This document shows, piece after piece, positions 1 through 9,218 of a DNA stretch of 24,983 bases. The notes below the pieces were generated by a model. The model did no database searches, had not been told where the DNA came from, and was given only the letters and a program-made list of their open reading frames with translations. The stretch is from Calditrichia bacterium (GTDB lineage Bacteria > Calditrichota > Calditrichia > RBG-13-44-9). The position numbers were made by a program, and so were the translations under genes. The stretch lies in NCBI GenBank assembly GCA_037381445.1, contig JARRQT010000112.1:1-24983 (forward strand), given 5' to 3'. The first letter of the stretch is position 1, and each line of letters starts with the position of its first letter.

Positions 1-789
1 CGCACGATCTTCGGCTATAAAGTAATTGTTTTTTCCAGTCTGGCCATCGCCTTCGTGGGATACCTGGTCTGGGGGCATCACATGCTGACCAGCGGCCAGA
101 GCGATACCGCCCGAATGGCCTTCTCGCTGTTGACCTTCCTGGTTGCCATTCCAAGCGCCATAAAAACATTTAACTGGCTGGCCACCCTGTATAAAGGTTC
201 GATAGATGTGCAGCCTCCGTTTTTATACGCCATCACTTTTATGATACTGTTTACCATCGGGGGACTGACCGGGCTGGTAGTTGGCTCACTGGCCACGGAT
301 GTACACCTGCATGATACGTATTTTGTGGTTGCCCATTTCCATTATGTAATGTTCGGAGGAACCGGCTTTGTGTTTTTTGCGGCGCTGCACTACTGGTTCC
401 CAAAAATGTTCGGGAAAATGTACAGCAAAAAGATGTCCTATATCGCCTGGGGAATCATGTTTGTCGGTTTCAATATGCTCTATTTCACCATGTTTATCCT
501 CGGTTATGAGGGCATGCCGCGGCGCTATTATGATTATCTTCCGCAGTATCAGACGCCCCATGTCATTGCCACGGTTGGGTCATGGATTCTGGTCACCGGG
601 CTGATCCTGATGTTCGGTAACCTGATTTCGGCATTGTTTAACGGGAAAAAGGCGGAAAGCAATCCCTGGGGCGGAACCACCCTGGAGTGGCAAATACAGT
701 CACCGCCTCCCCAGGAAAATTTTCATGAAATCCCGGTTGTGGAACATGAACCTTATGATCATGGACATAAATTCCAGGAGGCCAAATGA
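1..789 (+). CDS. coxA: Heme-copper (cytochrome c) oxidase subunit I, 5'-truncated by the window edge
   Basis: Frame is open from base 1 (RTIFGYKVIVFSSLAIAFVGYLVWGHHM). Contains WGHHM (CuB histidines), VAHFHYV (heme ligands), GMPRRY and the C-terminal NPWGGTTLEW motif. Confidence 0.97.
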   Translation, partial: RTIFGYKVIVFSSLAIAFVGYLVWGHHMLTSGQSDTARMAFSLLTFLVAIPSAIKTFNWLATLYKGSIDVQPPFLYAITFMILFTIGGLTGLVVGSLATDVHLHDTYFVVAHFHYVMFGGTGFVFFAALHYWFPKMFGKMYSKKMSYIAWGIMFVGFNMLYFTMFILGYEGMPRRYYDYLPQYQTPHVIATVGSWILVTGLILMFGNLISALFNGKKAESNPWGGTTLEWQIQSPPPQENFHEIPVVEHEPYDHGHKFQEAK

Positions 790-1571
790 GTCATCTCGCG
801 GAATTCACTATTGAGAAACATCATGATGCCGAGGGCGCCAGGGTTGGAATGTGGCTCTTTCTTTTCACGGAGCTGCTGCTTTTCGGAGGAATGTTTTTAC
901 TCTACTCCGTTTATTTCAGCAAACATCCCCAGGAGTTTCGGTATGCTTCCGGGGAATTGAACCAGTTTGTGGGGGCCATGAATACCATTATTCTGCTGAC
1001 CAGCAGTCTCACCATGGCGCTCTCGATTGCTTTCCTGCAGAAAGCTAACCGGAAAATGGCTGTCACATTTTTATTAATCACGATGGCCCTGGGCGTGTTT
1101 TTTCTGGTGAATAAATATTTTGAATGGGGCGTAAAAATTTCACATGGCCTGTATCCCAATTCACCGGAACTGCTCCGGCACAGCCAGGGGGAGATATTGT
1201 TTTACAGCCTGTATTTTGTGATGACCGGGCTTCACGGGTTACATGTCCTGATTGGTCTTGTCATTATCGGCTTTATGGTCTATTTCATCTCCAAAAAATC
1301 CAATATGACAGTAAACCTGAAACCCACCGTTCTGGAAAATTTGTCCGGCAGAAGGCTGTCTTTATCTGATGACGCCGGCAACAGGATTTGGGAAAGCGAT
1401 GTTATCGGCCAGGATGTAACGGATGTTAAACTTGCGGTAAAAGGAAAGGTGAGTGATGCAGAAAGCCTGCGGGCCAATGCCATCAAGCTTGACAATGTGG
1501 GGCTTTACTGGCACCTTGTCGATATTATCTGGATTTTCCTTTTTCCGCTTTTCTATCTGATAGCAATGTGA
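786..1571 (+). CDS. coxC: Cytochrome c oxidase subunit III (short form) with an extra soluble loop
   Basis: Motifs GMWLFLFTE, NTIILLTSS, MTGLHGLHV and GLYWHLVDIIW. ATGA overlap with the coxA stop. Confidence 0.96.
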   Translation: MSHLAEFTIEKHHDAEGARVGMWLFLFTELLLFGGMFLLYSVYFSKHPQEFRYASGELNQFVGAMNTIILLTSSLTMALSIAFLQKANRKMAVTFLLITMALGVFFLVNKYFEWGVKISHGLYPNSPELLRHSQGEILFYSLYFVMTGLHGLHVLIGLVIIGFMVYFISKKSNMTVNLKPTVLENLSGRRLSLSDDAGNRIWESDVIGQDVTDVKLAVKGKVSDAESLRANAIKLDNVGLYWHLVDIIWIFLFPLFYLIAM

Positions 1572-1582
1572 AGGAGAACTGA

Positions 1583-1873
1583 ATGGAAAAAAGTCATCAG
1601 GAACATGCGTTGATGGGATACGGCACCTATGTGATGGTCTGGCTGGCTCTCCTGTTGCTGACCGGACTCACCGTTACGGTGGCGGGTGTTAATCTGCGCG
1701 ATTTTGCCATTGCAGCGGCCATCTTCATCGCCGCTTTTAAAACGGTATTGGTCATGAATTATTTCATGCATCTGAAGTACGAATCGGCATTGTTCAGGAA
1801 CATGGTCTTTATTTCGATCTTTACCCTGGCGATTATAATTGGATTAACGTTCATCGACATATCTTTTAGATGA
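1583..1873 (+). CDS. coxD: Cytochrome c oxidase subunit IV
   Basis: 96 aa with three hydrophobic helices and the motif KTVLVMNYFMHLKYE. AAGGAG ribosome-binding site upstream. Confidence 0.92.
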   Translation: MEKSHQEHALMGYGTYVMVWLALLLLTGLTVTVAGVNLRDFAIAAAIFIAAFKTVLVMNYFMHLKYESALFRNMVFISIFTLAIIIGLTFIDISFR

Positions 1874-1881
1874 GGTGGCAC

Positions 1882-2838
1882 ATGTCAGCTGTTTCTTCAC
1901 AAACCGGAACCGTCGATTTTGTCTTCATTTTCATTATTTCGATTTCGGTCTTCTTTCTGCTGCTTATTACTTTTTTAATGGTATTTTTTATTTTCAAGTA
2001 CAATAAAAACCGCAATCAAAAACCAAAGGACATTCACGGCAACACCGCCCTGGAAATTGCCTGGACAGTTATCCCCACCATCCTGGTCCTCTTCATGTTT
2101 TATTTCGGCTGGAAAGGATTCGAATTCCTGCGCAAAGCGCCCTCCGATGCCATGGTGGTTAATGTGACCGGGAGAATGTGGTCCTGGGGATTTGAATATC
2201 AGAACGGCGCCAAAGTGGATACCCTTCATGTGCCGGTCAATAAACCTGTGAAACTGGTGCTGAATTCGCAGGACGTGATACACAGTTTTTACGTGCCTGC
2301 CTTTCGGGTAAAGGAGGATGCGGTTCCGGGGATGCAGAATCACTTGTGGTTCGAAGCAAACGAGACCGGCAATTATGATGTGCTGTGCGCGGAATATTGT
2401 GGTTTGAGGCATTCTTACATGCTCACAAAAATCAAGGTGGTTCCTGAGGAAGATTTCAATGACTGGTATGCGGATATTGGGAAGCAGGTAATAAAAACTG
2501 CCAGCGGTGAAACGACCGTTGATCAAAACGATTCTGTGCCGCCTGTGGCGGATGGCGAGCGCCTGGCGAAGATCCACGGCTGCTTCTCCTGCCATTCCAC
2601 GGACGGCAGCAAATTAGTTGGTCCTTCGCTGAAAGGCGTGTTTGGACACCAGGTAACCGTCATCACTGACGGGAAAGAGCGGGAGATCACCGCTGATGAT
2701 GAATATATTCGCCGGTCCATCTTAAAGCCGGCGGCGGATGTGGTGAAGGGCTTCGATCCCATCATGCCCTCGCAGGAAGGTCAACTAACGGAAGAAGAAC
2801 TGGTAGCGCTCATCCAATACATCAAAGGACTGAAATGA
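1882..2838 (+). CDS. coxB: Cytochrome c oxidase subunit II with a fused C-terminal monoheme cytochrome c
   Basis: LEIAWTVIP helix, CuA ligands DVIHSF...CAEYCGLRHSYM, heme motif CFSCH with distal Met (PIMP). ATG 1882 preferred over 1870 because GAGGTG lies at 1872-1877. Confidence 0.96.
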   Translation: MSAVSSQTGTVDFVFIFIISISVFFLLLITFLMVFFIFKYNKNRNQKPKDIHGNTALEIAWTVIPTILVLFMFYFGWKGFEFLRKAPSDAMVVNVTGRMWSWGFEYQNGAKVDTLHVPVNKPVKLVLNSQDVIHSFYVPAFRVKEDAVPGMQNHLWFEANETGNYDVLCAEYCGLRHSYMLTKIKVVPEEDFNDWYADIGKQVIKTASGETTVDQNDSVPPVADGERLAKIHGCFSCHSTDGSKLVGPSLKGVFGHQVTVITDGKEREITADDEYIRRSILKPAADVVKGFDPIMPSQEGQLTEEELVALIQYIKGLK

Positions 2839-3713
2839 ACTATCTGGTTGCCATAAAAGAACGCACAATGCTGATACTTGAATTGGGTAAAATCCGGATC
2901 GCCCAGCTGGTAACGCTTTCCACTGCCATGGGATATATTCTGGCTACCGGACGCCTCTCGCTCGATATTTTTGTCCCGGTGAGCGGTATTTTGCTGCTGG
3001 CGCTGGGCTCGGGCGCGCTCAATCAATATCAGGAATACCGGAAGGACCTGCTAATGCCGCGCACGCGCAATCGGCCTGTTCCCTCCGGAAGAATGCGTCC
3101 GTCAGTCGCGCTGGCCGTCGCTATTGCGTTAATGATATCGGGCAGTCTTATTCTTTACTTTGGCACCAATTCAACCGCATTAGTCCTGGGTTTGTTTACC
3201 GCTTTCTGGTATAACGGGGTGTACACCTATCTCAAGCGGGTCACGCCCATGGCTGTCATCCCGGGTTCGCTGATCGGCGCAATTCCGCCCCTGGTGGGAT
3301 GGACCAGCGGCGGCGGCGATATCCGGGCGCCGCAGGCGATTGCAGTGGCACTTGTTTTTTTCATCTGGCAGATCCCTCATTTCTGGCTGCTGCTTCTGAA
3401 TTTTGGAGGAGATTACGAAAAAGCGGGCTATCCTTCGTTAACATCGCTGTTCAGCAGAGAGCAGTTGGGGCGGCTCACTTTTATGTGGATAGTGGCCACC
3501 GCCGGCGCCAGCCTGTTCATGCCGCTGTTTGGGTTGGGAAATTCTTCGGTCATTTTTCTGCTGCTGTTCATTTCCGCTGCCGGGTTGGTGTGGACTTCAA
3601 CCATCCTCCTGAGGCCGCGCAGCAGAAAATTCTCCTTTCTGCCGGCGTTTAAAGGAATAAACTATTTCATTCTATCAGTGATGATATTGCTGACAATTGA
3701 CCGTTTGATCTGA
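2835..3713 (+). CDS. cyoE: Protoheme IX farnesyltransferase (heme o synthase)
   Basis: UbiA-family motifs NQYQE..D..MPRTRNRP, YTYLKR, GAIPPLVGW and WQIPHFW...DYEKAG. ATGA overlap with coxB. Confidence 0.95.
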   Translation: MNYLVAIKERTMLILELGKIRIAQLVTLSTAMGYILATGRLSLDIFVPVSGILLLALGSGALNQYQEYRKDLLMPRTRNRPVPSGRMRPSVALAVAIALMISGSLILYFGTNSTALVLGLFTAFWYNGVYTYLKRVTPMAVIPGSLIGAIPPLVGWTSGGGDIRAPQAIAVALVFFIWQIPHFWLLLLNFGGDYEKAGYPSLTSLFSREQLGRLTFMWIVATAGASLFMPLFGLGNSSVIFLLLFISAAGLVWTSTILLRPRSRKFSFLPAFKGINYFILSVMILLTIDRLI

Positions 3714-3833
3714 CTTGAATTAAAAATTGATTTTATAAAAATTTGACGGAGATTTTTACTTTGAATTATTGATTGTTTTTGATGCAGTGAGCAAAATATC
3801 CGGGAGCAGCTGCCTGCAGAGGAGAAAAGCAGG

Positions 3834-3876
3834 TGTTGTTGAGGGTCACGATTTTTCAACAGCGTTTGGTTTTTTA
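3834..3876 (+). terminator. Possible intrinsic terminator of the cox operon
   Basis: TGTTGA...TCAACA stem followed by a T-rich tract (GTTTGGTTTTTTT). The stem is weak and relies on G-U pairs. Confidence 0.3.
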
Positions 3877-4088
3877 AATGGACTTTTTGCTTGAATAAAA
3901 GGGCTAACTCCTGAAAACTGAACTTTTTATTCAAAAACAAGTCATAAATAAACAGGGAATTGTGAAGTGATCTGATGGGAAAGGTTTATTTCCTCTTCAG
4001 TAAAAATAAAGAGCAATATACCTGCATACTTATTGTCAGCCTGCGGGATATATTTTGAGTATGATGATTGGACGACATGTTGATTATT

Positions 4089-4104
4089 TCAAAACACGTT
4101 TTGA
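4089..4104. promoter_or_regulatory. Palindrome TCAAAAC-AC-GTTTTGA, candidate operator
   Basis: Perfect 7-bp inverted repeat about 60 bp upstream of the E1 start. Confidence 0.35.
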
Positions 4105-4162
4105 TCAGATTTCTTGATGCCCTTGAAACTGACCTTGAATGAGATACGGCGGAGGATTTCCG

Positions 4163-6172
4163 ATGGCGAAATTTCATGGATTTTCAAAAAAACAACTACT
4201 CCAGATTTATAAGAACATGCTGCTCAGTCGGAGGACCGACGAGAAACAATTGATACTTTTACGCCAGGGAAAGGTGCATTTTCATATCGGCGGCTCCGGT
4301 CATGAGGCGGCGCAGGTAGCCGGTGTCATGAATTTCCAGCCGGAACACGACTGGGCCTATTGCTATTACCGGGATCAGGCGTTTGTGATGGGCTGGGGGA
4401 TGACGGTGAAGGAAGTTTTTCTCCATTCTCTCGCGAAGGCGGACGACCCGAATTCGGGCGGAAGACAAATTCCGCACCATTGGGGCCATCGCAAATTAAA
4501 CATTGTATCAAAATCTTCATGTACCGGTGTGCAGTTCCTGCAGGCCACCGGCACTGCCATGGGAATGAAGAAATCCGGGACCGAAGAGGTGGTTTATGTT
4601 AGCGGCGGTGAAGGAACCACCAGCGAGGGCGAATTTTTTGAAGCGCTGAACTGGGCCAGCCGCGATAAACTCCCGATCATTTTCCACATCGAAAATAATA
4701 AATATGCCATCAGCGTGCCGATTTCCGAGCAAACTGCCGGCGGTTCAGTGTATAAGGTGGCTGCCGGATTCGAAAACCTGGACCGGCAGAACATAAACGG
4801 GACGGATTTCTTTGAGTCCTACAAAGCTTTTGAAAAAGCCGTGAGACGGGCCCGCAGCGGTAAGGGACCGACCATCATCGTGAGCGATGTGGTGCGGCTG
4901 CTGCCCCATTCTTCCAGCGATGACCATCGTAAATACCGGACCCCGGAGGAGCTGGAAGCGGACCGCAAGCGGGATCCGATTCTGCAGTTCGCCCATGCCT
5001 GCATGGAAAATGGCGCGGCGACCGCCGAGGACTTTGATGCGGTGCAGGCGGAGGTCAAAAAAATTGTTGATGATGCGTCGGATTGGGCACAGGAGCAGCC
5101 GGACCCCGATATTAAAACGGCAACCAACTTTGTTTTTTCGGAATACCGCTCCGATAATAAACCCGGTCCGCCATCCAGTAGCGGGGAGCGGGTGGTGATG
5201 GTGGATGCCATTAATCATGCTCTGCATGAGGAAATGGAGCGGAATGAAAAAATCGTGGTATACGGAGAAGATGTCGCCGATCCCAAGGGCGGGGTATTCA
5301 CTGCAACGCGGGGATTAACCAAGAAATTCGGAAAAGAGCGGGTGTTTAATTCGCCTCTGGCAGAAGCCAGCATTGTGGGGACCGCCATCGGGCTGGCTGT
5401 TTACGGTTACAAGCCGGTGGTGGAGATTCAGTTCATGGATTATATCTGGCCGGCTTTTATGCAGATTCGCAATGAACTGGCCACCATGCTCTACCGCTCC
5501 AACGGCACCTGGAAATCGCCGGTTGTGGTACGCACCCCGGTCGGCGGATATATTCACGGCGGGCTCTACCACAGCCAGAGCGCAGAGGCGCTGTTTGCGC
5601 ATACCCCGGGGCTGAAAGTTGTTTACCCCGGTAATGCAGCGGATGCCAAAGGTCTGCTAAAGGCTGCCATTCGGGGAGATGATCCGGTTATTTTTTGCGA
5701 ACATAAAGGGCTCTACCGCCAGGGATTCGCCGCGCGCCCCGAACCCGGGAGCGATTATGTGCTTCCCCTGGGATATGCCAATGTGGTGCAGGAAGGAACG
5801 GATGTCACGCTGATTTCCTGGGGACTTCAGGTTCAGCGTTCCATAGAGGCTGTGAAGATGCTGGGCGAACTTAATCCTTCCGTGGAAATTATCGATATCC
5901 GGACGCTGGTCCCGCTGGATATGGACACAATCCTAAGATCAGTCAAGAAAACGGGAAAGGTTTTAATTGTCCATGAGGACAATTTCACCGGCGGATTCGG
6001 CGGGGAAATCGCCGCCAGAATTGTGGAGCAGGGTTTTGAATTTCTGGACGGCCCGGTGATGCGGCTCGCTGCGGAAGATTCACATATTCCCTATCAATCG
6101 AATTTGGAAAACCAGGTTTTGCCTACACCGGCCAAAATCGCCCAAAAATTAAAAAGCCTGCTGCTGTATTAA
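4163..6172 (+). CDS. 2-oxoacid dehydrogenase E1, fused alpha/beta (probably branched-chain, 2-oxoisovalerate type)
   Basis: TPP motif GEGTTSEG...IENNKYAIS and HSSSDD loop in the alpha part. GEDV, FNSPLAE, EIQFMDY and HSQS in the beta part. ATG 4163 follows GGAGGA at 4151-4156. Confidence 0.94.
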   Translation: MAKFHGFSKKQLLQIYKNMLLSRRTDEKQLILLRQGKVHFHIGGSGHEAAQVAGVMNFQPEHDWAYCYYRDQAFVMGWGMTVKEVFLHSLAKADDPNSGGRQIPHHWGHRKLNIVSKSSCTGVQFLQATGTAMGMKKSGTEEVVYVSGGEGTTSEGEFFEALNWASRDKLPIIFHIENNKYAISVPISEQTAGGSVYKVAAGFENLDRQNINGTDFFESYKAFEKAVRRARSGKGPTIIVSDVVRLLPHSSSDDHRKYRTPEELEADRKRDPILQFAHACMENGAATAEDFDAVQAEVKKIVDDASDWAQEQPDPDIKTATNFVFSEYRSDNKPGPPSSSGERVVMVDAINHALHEEMERNEKIVVYGEDVADPKGGVFTATRGLTKKFGKERVFNSPLAEASIVGTAIGLAVYGYKPVVEIQFMDYIWPAFMQIRNELATMLYRSNGTWKSPVVVRTPVGGYIHGGLYHSQSAEALFAHTPGLKVVYPGNAADAKGLLKAAIRGDDPVIFCEHKGLYRQGFAARPEPGSDYVLPLGYANVVQEGTDVTLISWGLQVQRSIEAVKMLGELNPSVEIIDIRTLVPLDMDTILRSVKKTGKVLIVHEDNFTGGFGGEIAARIVEQGFEFLDGPVMRLAAEDSHIPYQSNLENQVLPTPAKIAQKLKSLLLY

Positions 6173-6312
6173 GCAGTACAGATAGCATATATGAAATTTT
6201 AAAATCTGAGTATCCGAACGTGAAAAACGGCGAGACCATTTTCTGAGTTATGAAATGATGGAATTCTATGAGACAAAAATGCTGATATCAGAAAAACCAC
6301 AACGGAGACAAA

Positions 6313-7903
6313 ATGAAAGTTGATGTCAAATTGCCCCAGTTGGGAGAGAGCCTCACCGAAGGCACGATCCTGAAATGGTGGAAAAAAGTCGGCGAACCTG
6401 TTCAAAAAGATGAAACCCTTTTGGAAATTTCCACGGACAAGGTGGACTCCGAAATTCCCAGTCCGGCCACCGGAACGCTGGCGGAAATAGTTGCGCGAAA
6501 AAACGGAAAAGAAAGTGCAGGAAACGCCCGGGTCCGAAGAGGTCCGCCGGGAAACGAAAGAAGAAAAACAACCATCCGCAGCCGCAGTGACCTCCGGCAA
6601 ACTTGTGGATGTGCGCATGCCGAAATTAGGGGAAAGTCTCACCGAGGGCACCATTCTCAAGTGGTGGAAGCAGTCCGGTGATCAGGTCAAAAAGGAAGAG
6701 ACTCTGCTGGAAGTTTCCACGGACAAGGTGGATTCGGAAATTCCCAGTCCGGTGGACGGCGTTTTAAGGGAAATTGTGTCGCAGGAAAATGAAACCGTTG
6801 AAATTAACCAGGTCATCGCCCGGATCGAATCGGCCGGAGCGTCAGCGGCGGCTGAAGAGCCGGCGGAAAAGGAAGAGGTTTCTGCTTCCGAAAAAATGCC
6901 TTCCCCGGGCCGCAAAATAAGCGCCCCGGAAGCCGAAGAGCCCGAAGAAATCTCGGCCAGGAGTGAAGGAAGGTTTTATTCGCCACTGGTCAGAAATATT
7001 GCCAGACAGGAGAATGTTTCCCAGTCCGAATTGGATCTATTGGCGGGTAGCGGTGCCGGCGGACGTGTGACCAAAAAGGATATTCTGAATTATCTTGAGA
7101 TGCGCAAAGCGGCGGCTAAAGCGGAACCGGCGGCCCGCCCCGCTGCAACAGAACGCCCTGGGGCGGTTGAAGGTGAAGCCAGGACGACAGGGGCAGGCCA
7201 GCGCGAAATGATTATTCCCATGGATGCTGTCCGTAAACGGATTGCGGTTCACATGCGGCAGAGTCTGGACACCTCGGCGCATGTCTATTCTGTTTCAGAA
7301 TGCGATATGACACGGGTCATGCAAATTATGTATGCCCGGCGCCCGGAATTTGAAAGAACGGAAGGATTCAAGCTGACCGTTACGCCGCTGGTGCTCTATG
7401 CGGTGACCAAAGCTCTGCTGGATTTCCCGCGGGTGAATTCATCTCTGGAGGGCAATAATATCATTGAAAAACGGTATATCAATTTGGGACTGGCGGTGGC
7501 GGCACGCCGCGGGCTTATTGTTCCCGTGGTTAAAAGTGCGGAAGAAAAGAGTTTCCGAGGGCTGGCCCGCAGCGTGAACGATCTGATCGTCCGGACCCGG
7601 GAGAATAGATTGACAGTGGACGATGTTCAGGGTGCAACTTATTCTGTCACCAATTATGGGATCTTCGGGAACATCATCGGCCTTCCCATCATCAACCAGC
7701 CGAATGTGGCGATTCTGGGTCTGGGCGCCATCAAAAAGCGGACGGTGGTGATTGAAAGTGAAGCAGGTGATTCCATTGCCATCCGCTCAATGGCCTATAT
7801 CTCCATGTCCTACGATCACCGCGTGGTAGACGGGGAACTGGGCGGCAGGTTCATGCAGCGGCTGGTTGAATACCTGGAAAATTTCAGCGGGGATATTCTC
7901 TGA
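6313..7903 (+). pseudogene. Dihydrolipoamide acyltransferase E2 with two lipoyl domains, frameshifted near 6496 (true lesion or assembly error)
   Basis: Lipoyl domain 1 (STDKVDSE) is in ORF 6313..6681. Linker, lipoyl domain 2, the E3-binding domain (SPLVRNIA...GSGAGGRVTKKD) and the catalytic SYDHRVVDG are in the +1 frame (6491..7903). GGAG ribosome-binding site before 6313. Confidence 0.85.
6428..6752 (+). repeat. Direct repeat from the duplicated lipoyl domains
   Basis: TTTCCACGGACAAGGTGGA(C/T)TC(C/G)GAAATTCCCAGTCCGG at 6428-6466 and 6714-6752, with two mismatches in 39 bp. Confidence 0.9.
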
Positions 7904-7990
7904 AAATGGATCGATTTGGGTTTCAATTTGATGAAACAGGCCAATGATTAATTTCGGGCAGGTTAATATCAAAATCCGAAAAGAGGCTTT

Positions 7991-8878
7991 ATGCTGCATA
8001 AAAGAATGAAACCGGACTGGATAAAAGTTCAGCTCGGAAACAATAAAAGTTTTAAAGATGTAAAGCAGAATCTCAGAAGCAACCGGCTCCATACCGTATG
8101 CGAAGAGGCAAAATGTCCCAATGTTCATGAGTGCTGGGGCAGAAGGACCGCTACTTTCATGATTCTGGGTGATGTCTGCACGCGTTCCTGCCGGTTCTGC
8201 GCGGTGAAGACAGGCCGTCCGTTTGTTTACGATGAGGAAGAGCCAGCCCGCGTGGCGGAAAGTGTGCGAAGCATGGGATTGCAGCATGTCGTCATCACAT
8301 CGGTCAACCGGGATGAACTGCCCGATGGCGGTTCAGCGATCTGGGCTGCTGTCATCCGGAAAGTCAGAGAAGTGAATCCCGGCACATCAATTGAAGTGCT
8401 GACTCCTGATTTCAAAGGGATTTGGGGGCAACTGAAAACAGTTCTGGACGCTGGTCCGGATGTTTATTCCCACAATCTGGAAACCATTCCTTCCCTATAT
8501 AAGGACGTCCGGCCGCAGGCCAAATACCACCGCTCCCTGCGGGTTTTTAAAAACGCCCGGAACTGCGGTTTCCTCCCCAAGACGGGAATCATGGTAGGAC
8601 TGGGCGAATCATTTGGGGAGATTGTTGAACTCATGAAAAATGTGGCGGATACCAGTGTGGATATCTTTACCGTGGGGCAATATCTCCAGCCGACCCCATC
8701 GCATCTGCCGGTCGAACGCTATGTCCATCCGGATGAATTCAAAGAATATAAAAAGGTCGGAGAGGAATTGGGGATAGGGCATGTGGAAGCAGGACCGTTG
8801 GTGCGCAGCTCATATCATGCCGAAAGTCAGTTCGCGAGATTGAGAAACCGATGGCAGAACCAGGCGTCATCGGGTTGA
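7991..8878 (+). CDS. lipA: Lipoyl synthase
   Basis: CEEAKCPNVHEC (CX4CX5C), radical-SAM motif CTRSCRFC, GQYLQP and the C-terminal VRSSY. Confidence 0.98.
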   Translation: MLHKRMKPDWIKVQLGNNKSFKDVKQNLRSNRLHTVCEEAKCPNVHECWGRRTATFMILGDVCTRSCRFCAVKTGRPFVYDEEEPARVAESVRSMGLQHVVITSVNRDELPDGGSAIWAAVIRKVREVNPGTSIEVLTPDFKGIWGQLKTVLDAGPDVYSHNLETIPSLYKDVRPQAKYHRSLRVFKNARNCGFLPKTGIMVGLGESFGEIVELMKNVADTSVDIFTVGQYLQPTPSHLPVERYVHPDEFKEYKKVGEELGIGHVEAGPLVRSSYHAESQFARLRNRWQNQASSG

Positions 8879-9218
8879 CCAGACCATAACTCGGAAAAGG
8901 GGAATGGTAAATCCGGAAAAAACTTGCGGTTTGCCTCCCCCTGAAAAGCGAAACAGAATTTGCCGAGAACGATGCAGCTTTTGTATAAGTGATCTTTAAA
9001 TGCGGCGGATGATGTGCCGAAACAGGCTGCTTGTATTTCAAAATGTATTTGTATAACGGGCAATAATTTAAGATATTAACGGTATCATACAGTTATTTTC
9101 ACAGATTTTTCATCGTTTTTAAACGCAATATTCAAACTTCACTGTTACAGTTATATTTTAGAATCCAGTTAGTGTAACGATCATGTGATTAAGCACCAAA
9201 TAGCCGGGAGACTGTTCT

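Noticed and set aside
4080..4092. FNR-like box TTGAT-TAT-TTCAA
   Set aside because: The spacer is 3 nt rather than 4 and the second half-site is imperfect.
4600..4715. GEG instead of GDG in the E1 TPP motif, and the alpha/beta fusion
   Set aside because: Both are common in branched-chain-type E1 enzymes and are not novel.
6498..6504. In-frame slippery heptamer A_AAA_AAC at the E2 break, suggesting programmed -1 frameshifting
   Set aside because: The downstream E2 is in the +1 frame, and the -1 frame hits TGA within about 30 codons. The A6 run is short for transcriptional slippage, and part of the lipoyl domain is missing anyway.
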